The position numbers were made by a program, and so were the translations under genes. A stretch of 64,000 nt of DNA, taken from positions 1,600,001-1,664,000 of the forward strand of contig CAVWPA010000003.1 in the NCBI GenBank assembly GCA_963756875.1, in the 5' to 3' direction. Shown one piece after another: positions 12,607-23,917 of this stretch (its first letter is position 1; every line of letters starts with the position of its first letter). The notes under the pieces were generated by a model, which saw nothing but the letters and a program-made list of their open reading frames with translations, was not told the origin of the DNA and did no database searches. The DNA is from an uncultured Verrucomicrobiae bacterium. GTDB lineage: Bacteria; Verrucomicrobiota; Verrucomicrobiia; Chthoniobacterales; UBA10450.

Positions 12607-13206
12607 CTACTTTGGATGCGATTCCGGCTTGTTATCAGATTCATTCTGCTCGCCGCTTCGCTGCATGTGCATCGTCCACAACGCCGACCAGCTTTTTCCT
12701 TCGTCTTTCGAGATGGCCAATTCCCAGTCCACCGAATCGCCGGAAATATTGGAGAACGTAATTCGGCCCATCCGTTCCCCTTTCGGCGTCTGCCATGTCC
12801 TGAAAAATTCGCCGCGTCCTTTCTCGAAGCTGCCTGAATAAGGAGTTCCAAAGTACGGCCTGCCCGTGTCCATCCAGTGAATGTACCATTTCTGCGTTTG
12901 AGGGTCGTAGGCGCGCACACTGAGTCCCTTCATCGGCTCGGGCTTCTGCATCCCTTCCCAGAAAAACTGAACTTCTCCCTGCCAATGCTCGATCAGAGCG
13001 GATCCATTCAATGTTTTTGAGACCGAGGTCTTTGCTTCCAACTCGAGCCACGTCCCGTCTTTCTGAAGAATCTTTTGCTGGATATTCCAGTCGCCAACCC
13101 AGAAATCGAAAGCGCGCGCCGCTGCCACCACAGGCGAATTCGTGGATTGGGCCAGACAGGCTGCGGCGACCATCGCGAGAATGAAAGTGAAAGCAGGTTT
13201 CTTCAT
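12607..13206 (-). CDS. Secreted hypothetical protein (DUF1579-like)
   Basis: Signal peptide; FDFWVGDW, RAYDP..KW.IHW, S.DEGKSW motifs. Confidence 0.65.
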   Translation of the reverse strand: MKKPAFTFILAMVAAACLAQSTNSPVVAAARAFDFWVGDWNIQQKILQKDGTWLELEAKTSVSKTLNGSALIEHWQGEVQFFWEGMQKPEPMKGLSVRAYDPQTQKWYIHWMDTGRPYFGTPYSGSFEKGRGEFFRTWQTPKGERMGRITFSNISGDSVDWELAISKDEGKSWSALWTMHMQRSGEQNESDNKPESHPK

Positions 13207-13263
13207 GAAAATGCTTGATGACGAAAGAGAGAACGCTTGCCGGATTTTAAGAGACTGCGTCGG

Positions 13264-13533
13264 TTAACTTAAATTAAGCAAGGATGATCGCATCTGTTGC
13301 TCGGTTAGCCCTTCGATGCGGATCGCCTTCGTTCGCGATTTGTGGCCGTGTTCGATCGCGATATCGCTCTCGGGAACGTCCAATCGTTCGCTCAGAAAGG
13401 CGCGTAAGGCGGCGTTGGCTTTGCCGTCGACCGGCCGTGCGCGCAGCTTGATCTTGATCGCTGCGCCATATTCACCGACCACCTCGTCGGCTTTCGCATT
13501 TGGAACGATGTGAAACCGCAGCGTGGCCATCAA
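13264..13533 (-). CDS. DUF167/YggU family protein
   Basis: VPNAK, PVDGKANAAL..FL, GHKSRTK. Confidence 0.88.
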   Translation of the reverse strand: MMATLRFHIVPNAKADEVVGEYGAAIKIKLRARPVDGKANAALRAFLSERLDVPESDIAIEHGHKSRTKAIRIEGLTEQQMRSSLLNLS

Positions 13534-13538
13534 TCAAC

Positions 13539-13596
13539 TGTAGCGGCGGTCTGCGACCGTCGCATCACACAAACGCTCCACAGGAGCGTGGCTACA
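13539..13596. repeat. GTAG-type REP doublet with two different arm types
   Basis: tGTAGcggcggtctgcgaccgtcg ... acgctccacaggagcgtggCTACa. Confidence 0.75.
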
Positions 13597-13622
13597 GCAT
13601 TCGTAAAGCGGTCCGTACGTGC

Positions 13623-15284
13623 CTAGCGCAGTTTCTTTTTTGAGAGCCGGAAAACATCGTTTTGCAGCTCGCCACCGATGGTGGTGTTGCGGCGAATGAT
13701 GTCGCTCAACGTTTGATGCTCGAGCATGTTCACCAGAGGATGTGGCAGATAAATCTGGTACCAAAAGCGGTCTCCGTCGCGCAGGCGTTCGAACTGCTCT
13801 TTCAGGATGGTGTACGTGGTTTCGCTCACCATCATGCCGGGCTTATGTTTTTCGGCGAGCGCGCCGATCCAGATGTCGATGTCGTTAGGCGACGCGTACG
13901 CGGCAGCCAGTTTGGCCTGGATTACGGGATCGGGATTCATCTGCGCGAAGGTTGCGTAAGGCGGCAACCCGTAATCCATGCGCACCTGGTTGTACCGTGG
14001 CAATCCGTGGTCGCGGCCGCGTTGAATATTCAGCGCAGCCAGGTCAAAACCGCCTGCACCCGGCGGGCCGAAGAGAAAATTCCGCACCGGATCGACCACG
14101 TAGGCATCCACCTCCTGCGGCCGCTGTTTGGCGAGCCCGCGCAAATACGGTTCGATGCCAATGCTGCTGATCTGGGTTGGATTAAAAAAGGCATCGGCCA
14201 GGCTGATGTCTCCGATCGAGCGGTTATGCCGGTCCAACCTGAGCAATTGCGGCGAAAGCAGCGTGTGGCCAACGCGGTAGGCAGCGGTTGAAAAGGCATT
14301 CGCTATGCCGGCGTTCACCTGTGGCCGATAACCGCGGTACGGCGCGAGCGCTTTCTTTCCCAACAATAACGGCAAAAAGTCCCGATAGGTAATGATCTGT
14401 ATTTCGGCGCCGACCATGGCGCGCGCCCGGAAGTAAATGCCGTCGTCGTCCAGATACGGTTGCGCGGCACGGAAAACGCGGGCCCAGAAATTGTGCTCGC
14501 GCATAAAGAGCGTCTGCATCGCAGTAAGACCGAGCTGCTCGTTGGCGCGGAAATCGCCGGCCAGAAAATAACTCGCTTCGCTGGTGGGAAGATTAGGAAA
14601 ACCATCGACGTTATATGGCAATAGATTGCCCGGGCTTGTCTTTAGCTCGCCACTGCCATCGAGCCGTCGCAGCTCGCGCGCGCGCGCCTCGTCGGATCCG
14701 TAAACCTGCGAGCCGTCGATGTAGGCGGTATCGATGTTCATTTGCTCGCGCACGTTGTTCACCATTTCATAGAGCGAGCGGTCGAGTTCGATGAACTGTG
14801 TCCCCGTCTTGGTCGGATCGAAGTACGTGTCCCCATCCGGCACCGGAATATTGAATTGCTCGACCGGATCGATGCTCGGCGTCAGGCCAATGTCGTGATC
14901 GACGAATTGACCCCATTGCCAGAGAAAATCAGTGACATTTTGCGCGTTCGGAATGGGATGGTCCTGCGCCGCCACCAGATTGCTGATCTCTCTCGCGCTC
15001 TTTTGATCTGCGCCTGGCGGCACGCTACAGCCGTCGGCATAGGCGTTCGTGGTGGTGCGGAGAAGTGTGGTATTGGCTTCGCCCCACGTGGGATTGATCA
15101 CATTATTGCCATAGGCATCGGTGGAACGAAATTGGTATGGGAAAGCGGCGGGAAAGAGTGGAACCGGCGCAGGCTTTTTCCGGGCTATCGTGGCCGCCTT
15201 CATTTTCGGTTCGAACGGCCCCGCCGAAGCGTGAGCGCAGATAAAGACGACGGGCAACAAGCAAAGTAGGGCCTTGTTCTTCAT
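13623..15284 (-). CDS. Secreted heme peroxidase, peroxidase-cyclooxygenase (animal-type) superfamily
   Basis: WGQFVDHD (distal His), GDFRANEQ (distal Arg), AYRVGH (proximal His), NIQRGRDHGL; signal peptide from MKNKALL. Confidence 0.92.
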   Translation of the reverse strand: MKNKALLCLLPVVFICAHASAGPFEPKMKAATIARKKPAPVPLFPAAFPYQFRSTDAYGNNVINPTWGEANTTLLRTTTNAYADGCSVPPGADQKSAREISNLVAAQDHPIPNAQNVTDFLWQWGQFVDHDIGLTPSIDPVEQFNIPVPDGDTYFDPTKTGTQFIELDRSLYEMVNNVREQMNIDTAYIDGSQVYGSDEARARELRRLDGSGELKTSPGNLLPYNVDGFPNLPTSEASYFLAGDFRANEQLGLTAMQTLFMREHNFWARVFRAAQPYLDDDGIYFRARAMVGAEIQIITYRDFLPLLLGKKALAPYRGYRPQVNAGIANAFSTAAYRVGHTLLSPQLLRLDRHNRSIGDISLADAFFNPTQISSIGIEPYLRGLAKQRPQEVDAYVVDPVRNFLFGPPGAGGFDLAALNIQRGRDHGLPRYNQVRMDYGLPPYATFAQMNPDPVIQAKLAAAYASPNDIDIWIGALAEKHKPGMMVSETTYTILKEQFERLRDGDRFWYQIYLPHPLVNMLEHQTLSDIIRRNTTIGGELQNDVFRLSKKKLR

Positions 15285-15373
15285 AAACGGTCTAAAAGCA
15301 GCAAGGATCATTCACAGCAGCGGGAAAATGTCACGTTTTTCTTGAATCCAAAGCCGCGCGAAAACGCATCTCA

Positions 15374-16264
15374 TTGGAAAGAAATGGAAGAAAATCAGCG
15401 AGCGAGGTTAGCTTGAAACGGCGATTCATGGCGTTTGGCCTTGGGGTGTTGACGCTTCTTCTCGTCGGCGCCGTTACTTTTCTCACCTCCGGCGATATTC
15501 GGCTCATCTATGCCATCGGCACAGTTCTTCTTTTATGTCTTGCCATCTGGCTCGGCGCGTCTGGCAAACCGGACTGGTTTGCCGCCATGTTGCTTTACCT
15601 GCCGCTACTCGCAGGATTCGGTGTTCTTCTGTTGCCGAAGCTTCCCGCGTTGTGGCCGATCTTGTTGCTCTGGGCCGTCGCAGTGGTGATCGGCCTGGTC
15701 TTTATCAGGGCAACACGCGCACGCCACGGACTGCCGGTTACTGGCATGATGATCGTGCTCATCGCCGCTTCTCTCTGGTATTGCATTTCTTATGTACCGA
15801 AGCTGCTGGCGCGTGAACTGAACCATTTCGGCAACGTTACCGCTCCGGCATTTACGCTCCAGCCCATCAGCAACGGGTCCGTTCCTGTTACATCGGAGCG
15901 CGGCAAGATTCTTGTCATCGATTTCTTCGCAACCTGGTGTCCCCCATGCAAGGCCGAGCTGCCGGAATTGGAAGCAATCCGCGACGAACTGAAAACGGAT
16001 GCCGATATTCAGTTTGTTCTGGTTGACACCAACGCGGGCGGTGACACGCCGGAGCGGTTTCGTTCGTTCGCGCAAAGCCGACACGTCACCCTGCCGCTCG
16101 CTTTCGATCCGGATGGAAAAGCGCGCGCCAGTTTCGGGATGACCGGATTTCCGTCGCTCGTTGTCATCGACAGGACTGGCCGGGTCCGTCTCACTCGCGA
16201 GGGATACAATCCCGCCGAAGCCAATTTCCGACGGGACTTCGTTCGGTTTCTGAAAACGCTATAG
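15374..16264 (+). CDS. Membrane-anchored TlpA/ResA-like thiol-disulfide oxidoreductase
   Basis: About five TMs then DFFATWCPPCKAELP and FPSLVVID; start codon uncertain. Confidence 0.85.
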   Translation: MERNGRKSASEVSLKRRFMAFGLGVLTLLLVGAVTFLTSGDIRLIYAIGTVLLLCLAIWLGASGKPDWFAAMLLYLPLLAGFGVLLLPKLPALWPILLLWAVAVVIGLVFIRATRARHGLPVTGMMIVLIAASLWYCISYVPKLLARELNHFGNVTAPAFTLQPISNGSVPVTSERGKILVIDFFATWCPPCKAELPELEAIRDELKTDADIQFVLVDTNAGGDTPERFRSFAQSRHVTLPLAFDPDGKARASFGMTGFPSLVVIDRTGRVRLTREGYNPAEANFRRDFVRFLKTL

Positions 16265-16305
16265 CAATTGAGCCGCTACAGGCGGAAAGCACGCGGGTTT
16301 CTCGT

Positions 16306-16365
16306 TGTAGGGCGGGCGCATCGCCTGCCAATTCCGGCGCCGGCAAGCGGAGCGCTTGCCCTACA
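16306..16365. repeat. GTAG REP doublet of the family that flanks RAYT2
   Basis: tgtagggcgggcgcatcgcctgcc ... ggcaagcggagcgcttgccctaca; the right arm is identical to 41407-41430. Confidence 0.85.
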
Positions 16366-16383
16366 ATAGGCGGCAAATCGCCG

Positions 16384-17358
16384 CTAAAGACCGACGGCAT
16401 TGCGCACGCGCTTCATCACCTGATCGGCGATTTTGTTGGCCCGCTCGGCGCCTCGGGTGAGCACATTGTCGATATACGATTTGTCGGCCAGGATCTCTGC
16501 GCGACGTTTGCGCATTGGCGCGAAATATTCCCAGAGCTTTTCGAAAAGTTCCTTTTTGAAATCGCCGTAACCGGTTCCGCCTTTCTGGAACTTTTCTCGC
16601 ATGTCGGCGATTTCGTCCTTTGAAGCAAGGAGCGAGTAAAGATGGAAGATCGTCGATTTGGCGGGGTCTTTCGGTGCCTCCACCGGACTGGAATCGGTCA
16701 CGATGCTCATCACGCGTTTTCGTGTTTCCTTTTCATCGCCGAAGATGTCGATGTTATTGCCGTAGCTCTTGCTCATCTTCTGGCCGTCGATTCCCGGAAC
16801 GACTTCGGTCTGAGGGTTGATGCGCGGCTCGGGCAACTTGAGCAAAGGGGTGGGGGAATTAGCCCCGTACTTTTCATTCATCTTCACCGCCAGATCGCGC
16901 GTAATTTCGATGTGCTGCTTCTGGTCCTTGCCGACCGGGACCACGTCGCTGTCGTAAATGAAAATATCCGCCGCCATCAAAACGGGATAACTGAACAAAC
17001 CCACAGTCGGAGCCAGACCGCGCGCCAGCTTGTCTTTGTAGGAATGTGCGCGTTCGAGCAATCCCATCGGCGCTACGGTCGATAGAATCCATGCGAGTTC
17101 CGTGACCTCCGGGACATCCGATTGCCGAAAAAGCGCGCAACGCTCCGGGTCGAGTCCGCACGCCAGAAAATCGAGCGCCACTCCTCTTGAGTTTTCGCGG
17201 AGCACTTTTGGATCGCGCACGCTGGTGAGCGCGTGATATTCGGCGATGAAATAGAACGCTTCTCCCTCAGCCTGCAAGGCAATGGCCGGCTGCATCATGC
17301 CGAAGTAATTGCCGATGTGCAGCACGCCGCTGGGTTGAATGCCGGATAAGATGCGCAT
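16384..17358 (-). CDS. trpS: Tryptophanyl-tRNA synthetase
   Basis: SGIQPSG.LHIGNY, VPVGKDQKQH, KMSKS. Confidence 0.96.
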   Translation of the reverse strand: MRILSGIQPSGVLHIGNYFGMMQPAIALQAEGEAFYFIAEYHALTSVRDPKVLRENSRGVALDFLACGLDPERCALFRQSDVPEVTELAWILSTVAPMGLLERAHSYKDKLARGLAPTVGLFSYPVLMAADIFIYDSDVVPVGKDQKQHIEITRDLAVKMNEKYGANSPTPLLKLPEPRINPQTEVVPGIDGQKMSKSYGNNIDIFGDEKETRKRVMSIVTDSSPVEAPKDPAKSTIFHLYSLLASKDEIADMREKFQKGGTGYGDFKKELFEKLWEYFAPMRKRRAEILADKSYIDNVLTRGAERANKIADQVMKRVRNAVGL

Positions 17359-17370
17359 GGGTTTGTTGTT

Positions 17371-17440
17371 TGTAGCGGCGGTCTATGACCGTCGCATTAT
17401 TTTGTCTAAATTCGAGCGACGGTCATAGACCGCCGCTACA
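17371..17440. repeat. GTAG REP doublet with a perfect 25-bp inverted repeat
   Basis: tgtagcggcggtctatgaccgtcgc (17371-17395) / gcgacggtcatagaccgccgctaca (17416-17440). Confidence 0.9.
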
Positions 17441-17503
17441 GATGCAATGAAAAACGTATCTTTCTTGCTCGCAATTTGCTTGTTAACCGCTAGATAAATC
17501 ACA

Positions 17504-18469
17504 ATGCCAGCCCGAGGAAAGAATCCTGTTTCAGTAGTGACCGGCGGCGCCGGCTTTCTGGGATCGCATTTGACCGATCGACTGCTGGCGGAAGGGCATC
17601 GCGTCATTGCCATTGATAATTTGATTACGGGCAACACCGCGAACATTGGCCACCTGGCAGGCAACGAGGACTTCCGTTTCATCAAGCATAACGTCTCGAA
17701 TTTCATTTTTCTGCCGGAAAACAAAATCGATTACGTCTTCCATTTCGCGTCGCCGGCCAGTCCAATCGATTACCTGGAACTGCCCATCCCCACGTTGAAA
17801 GTCGGCGCGCTCGGCACGCATAACTCCCTTGGCCTGGCCAAGGACAAAAAGGCGACATTCATTCTGGCGTCGACGTCGGAATGCTACGGCGACCCGCAGG
17901 TGCATCCGCAAAAGGAGGATTACTGGGGCAACGTCAACCCCATCGGGCCGCGCGGCGTTTACGATGAAGCCAAGCGTTTCGCCGAAGCGATGACCATGGC
18001 GTATCACCGCTATCATAAAGTCGACACGAGAATCGTCCGCATCTTCAATACGTACGGTCCGCGGATGCGTTTGCATGACGGGCGCGTCGTGCCCGCATTT
18101 ATTGGGCAAGCGCTAAGCGGTCAGCCGCTCACGATTTTCGGCGACGGCAGCCAAACCCGTTCGTTCTGTTACGTCTCCGATCTGATCGACGGGATTTTCA
18201 AGCTCGCCATGAGCGATTTTCACGAGCCGGTCAACATCGGCAATCCGCGCGAGATGACGATCAAGCAGTTCGCTGAAGAAATCATCCGCTTCACCGGAAC
18301 GAAATCGGCGATTGAATACAAACCGCTTCCGGTTGACGATCCGAAAGTGCGTCAGCCCGATATCACACGAGCAAAGAAAGTGCTCGGCTGGGAACCCCGC
18401 GTCGATTTCGACGAAGGAATCAAAAAGACGATCGAGTATTTTCGGCAATCGCTGGCTTCTTCGCGTTGA
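17504..18469 (+). CDS. UDP-glucuronate decarboxylase-like NAD-dependent epimerase/dehydratase
   Basis: [39 protein letters not shown]. Confidence 0.9.
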   Translation: MPARGKNPVSVVTGGAGFLGSHLTDRLLAEGHRVIAIDNLITGNTANIGHLAGNEDFRFIKHNVSNFIFLPENKIDYVFHFASPASPIDYLELPIPTLKVGALGTHNSLGLAKDKKATFILASTSECYGDPQVHPQKEDYWGNVNPIGPRGVYDEAKRFAEAMTMAYHRYHKVDTRIVRIFNTYGPRMRLHDGRVVPAFIGQALSGQPLTIFGDGSQTRSFCYVSDLIDGIFKLAMSDFHEPVNIGNPREMTIKQFAEEIIRFTGTKSAIEYKPLPVDDPKVRQPDITRAKKVLGWEPRVDFDEGIKKTIEYFRQSLASSR

Positions 18470-18519
18470 GGGTAGCGCACGCTTCCAGCGTGCCGTTCGC
18501 GGGCATCCTGCCGCGAACT
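18470..18519. repeat. Single arm of a double-hairpin REP-like element
   Basis: gggtagcgcacgcttccagcgtgc-cgttcgcgggcatcctgccgcgaac has the same architecture as the family A arms. Confidence 0.6.
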
Positions 18520-18606
18520 CTTCTACCTGCTATCTTGTGCGGGCCGCAGGGGAGCGTCCAACCTTACGCTTGACGAACAGCCGTTTTTCTCGCAAAAGCT
18601 ATCGAC

Positions 18607-19353
18607 ATGAAAACTTTTACACGTCTGGCGCTTGGAGTCGTTCTGGGTGGTCTTTCGATGATTACCTCGTACGCCGGGCCCGAGCCGATGGCCAAGGAAG
18701 TGGCGCCGCTACCGCCGCCTCCCGGTTGTGACTGGGCCGGCTTTTATCTCGGTCTGTACGGCGGCGGCGAATTTGGCCACAGCGAAGACAAAGATCTCGA
18801 CAATTATAACTTCCCGGACAGGCCGTGGGGATACAGCGAGTCGAGTTTCGTAGGCGGCGAGCAGGCCGGCTACAATTTCCAGTTTGGCCGGCTGGTTCTC
18901 GGGCCGGAAGTCGATGTCGGTTACATGGACCTCAGCGGGAGCAAACTCGAGCCGGGGTTTCCGTATGACACCGTCGGCAAGAGTAACAGCGACGTTTATA
19001 CGACGTTCCGAGGACGCGTCGGCTTTGCTCTCGATTGCTGGCTCTTCTACGCGACCGGCGGCGGGATCGGCGTGAACTATCGCACCAGAGTGGTCGATGA
19101 CAGCCGTACGCAGGCAGGGCCGGACTCCATCTATGCGTCAAGGCAGGACTTTGACTTCGGTTATACGGCGGGTGGCGGTGTGGAGCGCATGTTCAACTTC
19201 TGGGGCCGGCGCTGGTCGTTCAAGGTGGAGTACCTCTATTTCGATCTCGGCAGCCAAACCTTCAGCGGGTTGAGTGCCAACGACGGCGTATACAACTGGC
19301 GCGGTGAAACGACCGGTCACATTGTGCGCGGGGGATTGAATTTCCATTTTTAA
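18607..19353 (+). CDS. Outer-membrane beta-barrel protein (Omp25/RopB-like)
   Basis: Signal peptide, WAGFYLG, RGRVGFA, YATGG, KVEYLYFDLG, C-terminal NFHF. Confidence 0.85.
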   Translation: MKTFTRLALGVVLGGLSMITSYAGPEPMAKEVAPLPPPPGCDWAGFYLGLYGGGEFGHSEDKDLDNYNFPDRPWGYSESSFVGGEQAGYNFQFGRLVLGPEVDVGYMDLSGSKLEPGFPYDTVGKSNSDVYTTFRGRVGFALDCWLFYATGGGIGVNYRTRVVDDSRTQAGPDSIYASRQDFDFGYTAGGGVERMFNFWGRRWSFKVEYLYFDLGSQTFSGLSANDGVYNWRGETTGHIVRGGLNFHF

Positions 19354-19367
19354 TCGAGGATTGAAAG

Positions 19368-20975
19368 GTGAGGATGAAAACAATGAAAATACTCAGTGCC
19401 TGGTTGCCATTCACAACTGTCTTTGTGCTGTGCGCGGCGATGCCGTGTGTGAGCTTTGCTAAACAAAAACCGCCTCCCGCGAGTGCGACCGGCGCAACCG
19501 GTCCGACGGGGGCCACGGGTCCAACTGGGGCGACCGGAGCGACCGGAGCTACTGGAGCGAGTGCAGAAGAACCCGTGTTGGTGAATGAAAACGTTGCGGA
19601 TGGAGGAGCAGGCGCGCTCGGGAGTATTCCTGCTGGCACCTCCGACTCTAACTATGGCAGTGCGAACACAGCCATGGGCGCCAGAGCGCTTTTGGGCCTT
19701 ACCACCGGGAACGATAACTCGGCCTTTGGCCACGACAGTCTGTTATATAATAACAACGATGGTAACTGCGCATTTGGCGTTCAAGCGATGCGGAGCAACC
19801 TGGGCTCCAATAACGTAGCGATCGGTGTTAACGCGCTGTCCGGTCCCGTGGAAGGTAACAGTTACGGTGATTCCAACACCGCGTTAGGCGATGAGGCACT
19901 CTATAACAACAATGGCGGCAATCAGAACACGGCCGTTGGCGAGGGCGCGTTGCATACTAACTCAACCGGCAACAACAACGCCGCCGTTGGTTTTGAAGCA
20001 CTCTATAGCAACACAACCGGAAGCGACAACACGGCCAGCGGTTGGCAGGCGCTCAATAATAACACCACCGCGTCCGATAACACGGCTTCCGGTTGGGCGG
20101 CGCTTAACGCCAACACAACCGGCTCCCAGAACACGGCTCACGGTGGTGGCGCGCTTGAAAGCAACACAACCGGCTCCCACAACACGGCCGTTGGTTTCCA
20201 AGCGCTCAGTCTAAGCACAACCGCCAGCGATAACACGGCCCTTGGTTGGAATGCACTCAGTACGAATACGACTGGAGCCGGCAACACGGCCACTGGTTAT
20301 CAGGCGCTCGTTAGCAACACGACCGCCAGCGATAACACGGCCACTGGTTGGAATACACTCACTACGAACACGACCGGGGCCAACAACACGGCCACTGGTT
20401 ATCAGGCGCTCGGTAGCAACACAACCGGCGGCAGCAACACAGCCATTGGTTATGTGGCGCTCGCTAACAACGCAACCGGCAGCTCCAATGTGGCCTCCGG
20501 CTCCTTCGCGCTCAGTAATAACACCAGTGGGAGCTCGAACATCGCCCTGGGCGCTAGTGCCGGCTCCCAACTTACCACGGGAGACAACAACATCGATATC
20601 GGCAACTTGGGTGTTGCTGCCGAGGCCGATACCATTCGAATCGGCGACACGCAGAGCGCGACCTTCGTCGCCGGTATCAATGGCTTTGATGCGTCCGCCG
20701 GAGCTCCTGTGTACATTCTGCCGAGCGGCCAGTTAGGCACAGGATCCCAGTCGGTCGGGCTGAATAATCGGCAACAGAACGCGAAAAACATCGCCGAGCT
20801 CAAGTCCATGATCACAAAACAGGAAGCGACCATCGCGCAATTGAAGTCTGCGCTGGCAAAGCAACAAAAAGAGTTTGTTGCGCGTCTGAAAGAGCAGGAC
20901 AAAAAAATCCAGCGCGTCAACGATCGGATTGAATTAACCAGACCGGCGCCCCGCACTGTCGAAAATAGCCGGTAA
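19368..20975 (+). CDS. Secreted fibre/adhesin-like protein: short collagen GXT segment, NTAxG 14-aa repeats, C-terminal coiled coil
   Basis: Signal peptide, (GAT/GPT)n, repeated NTAxGxxALxxNTT, heptad C-terminus. Confidence 0.8.
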   Translation: MRMKTMKILSAWLPFTTVFVLCAAMPCVSFAKQKPPPASATGATGPTGATGPTGATGATGATGASAEEPVLVNENVADGGAGALGSIPAGTSDSNYGSANTAMGARALLGLTTGNDNSAFGHDSLLYNNNDGNCAFGVQAMRSNLGSNNVAIGVNALSGPVEGNSYGDSNTALGDEALYNNNGGNQNTAVGEGALHTNSTGNNNAAVGFEALYSNTTGSDNTASGWQALNNNTTASDNTASGWAALNANTTGSQNTAHGGGALESNTTGSHNTAVGFQALSLSTTASDNTALGWNALSTNTTGAGNTATGYQALVSNTTASDNTATGWNTLTTNTTGANNTATGYQALGSNTTGGSNTAIGYVALANNATGSSNVASGSFALSNNTSGSSNIALGASAGSQLTTGDNNIDIGNLGVAAEADTIRIGDTQSATFVAGINGFDASAGAPVYILPSGQLGTGSQSVGLNNRQQNAKNIAELKSMITKQEATIAQLKSALAKQQKEFVARLKEQDKKIQRVNDRIELTRPAPRTVENSR

Positions 20976-21142
20976 TTTGTTAGGCAATTTCGACAAAATA
21001 TCGTTTACAGGTATGCCTCGATGGGCCGCAGATTGAATTTCCACCTCTGATCAGGCCAGCTCTCCGATCCTTTGGGTTCACGCGCGGACACTGCGCAATA
21101 GACAGCCCGGCTCTGCAATGCTGCAACCATTGCAATCAGTCA

Positions 21143-22466
<1,324 letters not shown>

Positions 22467-22735
22467 CGCTTGTAGGGCCTGTTGAGATTGGCCGGTCATC
22501 CGCCTTCGCCAGCGACGGCGCGACAAGCAGACCGCCGCTACCAGGGAAATCACGCTTCGTTATGCTGTGCTTTCTCGGGCTTCTTTTTAGCCCGAAACAA
22601 ATTCATCTCGACTGAGCGGAAACAGTTGGTTAAAAGCTTTTGCGTCACAGATTGGAGAAGTCTTTACCGGTAATCTCCTATCCAGTGAACCGCGGTGATC
22701 AGAATTAAGCCGGCCGTTAAAGAGAAGGGAAAATC

Positions 22736-23675
22736 ATGGCTATGCATCAATCAATTCTGCCTGGAACGGCAGCAAACCTCTCCGCGAGACAATCGACTCG
22801 TCGGTCGTACCTGGTGCGCCGTTTCCTTTTCATCCCACTTTCCTTTCTCGCCCTCATTTGCTTTGCGCTTTCATCCACTGCGCAAGCAAGGCAGAAACCT
22901 CCTCCGGCCCGACAGGTCCGACAGGTCCGACAGGTCCAACAGGCGCGCCTGGACCGACGGGCGGGCCCACTGGTCCGGCGGGAACGACCGGGTCTGACAG
23001 GGGCGACTGGGGCGACCGGCGATGGGGTTAACAGGCCCGACAGGTCCGACGGGGGTGACGGAGCGACTGGTGCAACTGGTGCAACCGGAGCCATTGGTGC
23101 GACTGGTGTGACTGGTGCAACTGGAGCCTTTGGTGCGACTGGGGCGACCGGGCCGGAAGTGGCGTCCAGTTTTATTTATGTCTACAACGCCACGGTTGAA
23201 GTAGTCCCTAACGCAGGTGAGGTATCGTTCAGCAACAGTGGACCAGCGCTCGGAATCACGAACTCTAACTCCAATGCGTTCACAATCTCGACGGACGGGA
23301 TTTATCTGCTCGAGCTTCAGTTCGGCGTAACCCTCCGCGCCGGGGCCGATTGTGTTTCAAATAGTCGTCAACAGGTCCGTTTCCCGGTTCCCAGTATTCC
23401 AGCGACGTGCAGAACACGGTGGTCGATTTCAAATCCGGCTCTCTTGCCGTTTCTGCGCCGGATACGCACCCGGTCAACGGCATGGGCGCGGGTCAGCTGG
23501 CCGGAGACTTCATTACTTTGCAGAACGTAAGCCCTTCGATGAGCATCGTGACGCTGCCCGCCGATCAAACAGTCCGGTGAACGCTTCACTGCGCATGGAG
23601 CGAATCTGCACCGATTGGCGGGGCGACGGGCAACCGGGGTCCACCGGCGTCACCGGCTCTACCGGGCCCACGTAG
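22736..23675 (+). CDS. Collagen-like secreted protein, frameshifted (BclA-like layout)
   Basis: Signal + RQKPPPA; GPT/GAT triplets continue across frames; globular segment; ends GVTGSTGPT*; several frameshifts (pseudogene or read errors). Confidence 0.6.
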
Positions 23676-23689
23676 AAGGCTAAATCCGT

Positions 23690-23872
23690 TGTAGCGACGG
23701 TGCTCTGCCGCTCTGTTTTGCCGCGCCAACGCCCCGACCCGCCTTCGGTCGCTGCGGCGACATTCGGCGCGGCAGGCGGAGCGGGGCGGCTACAGCGTCA
23801 TGTTTCCTATGAGATGAATCTAGCCGCAGCCGACACTCCGAAAGAGTTCGCGAGCAGGCGGCTGCCTCTACA
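23690..23872. repeat. REP cluster (GTAG doublet with nested micro-element plus a further CTAC arm)
   Basis: tgtagcgacgg...gcggggcggctaca and gcagccg...cggctgcctctaca. Confidence 0.7.
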
Positions 23873-23917
23873 GCACAGAGATTGCATCCTCGCGCGATCT
23901 TGCGGCAGATTGGTTCG

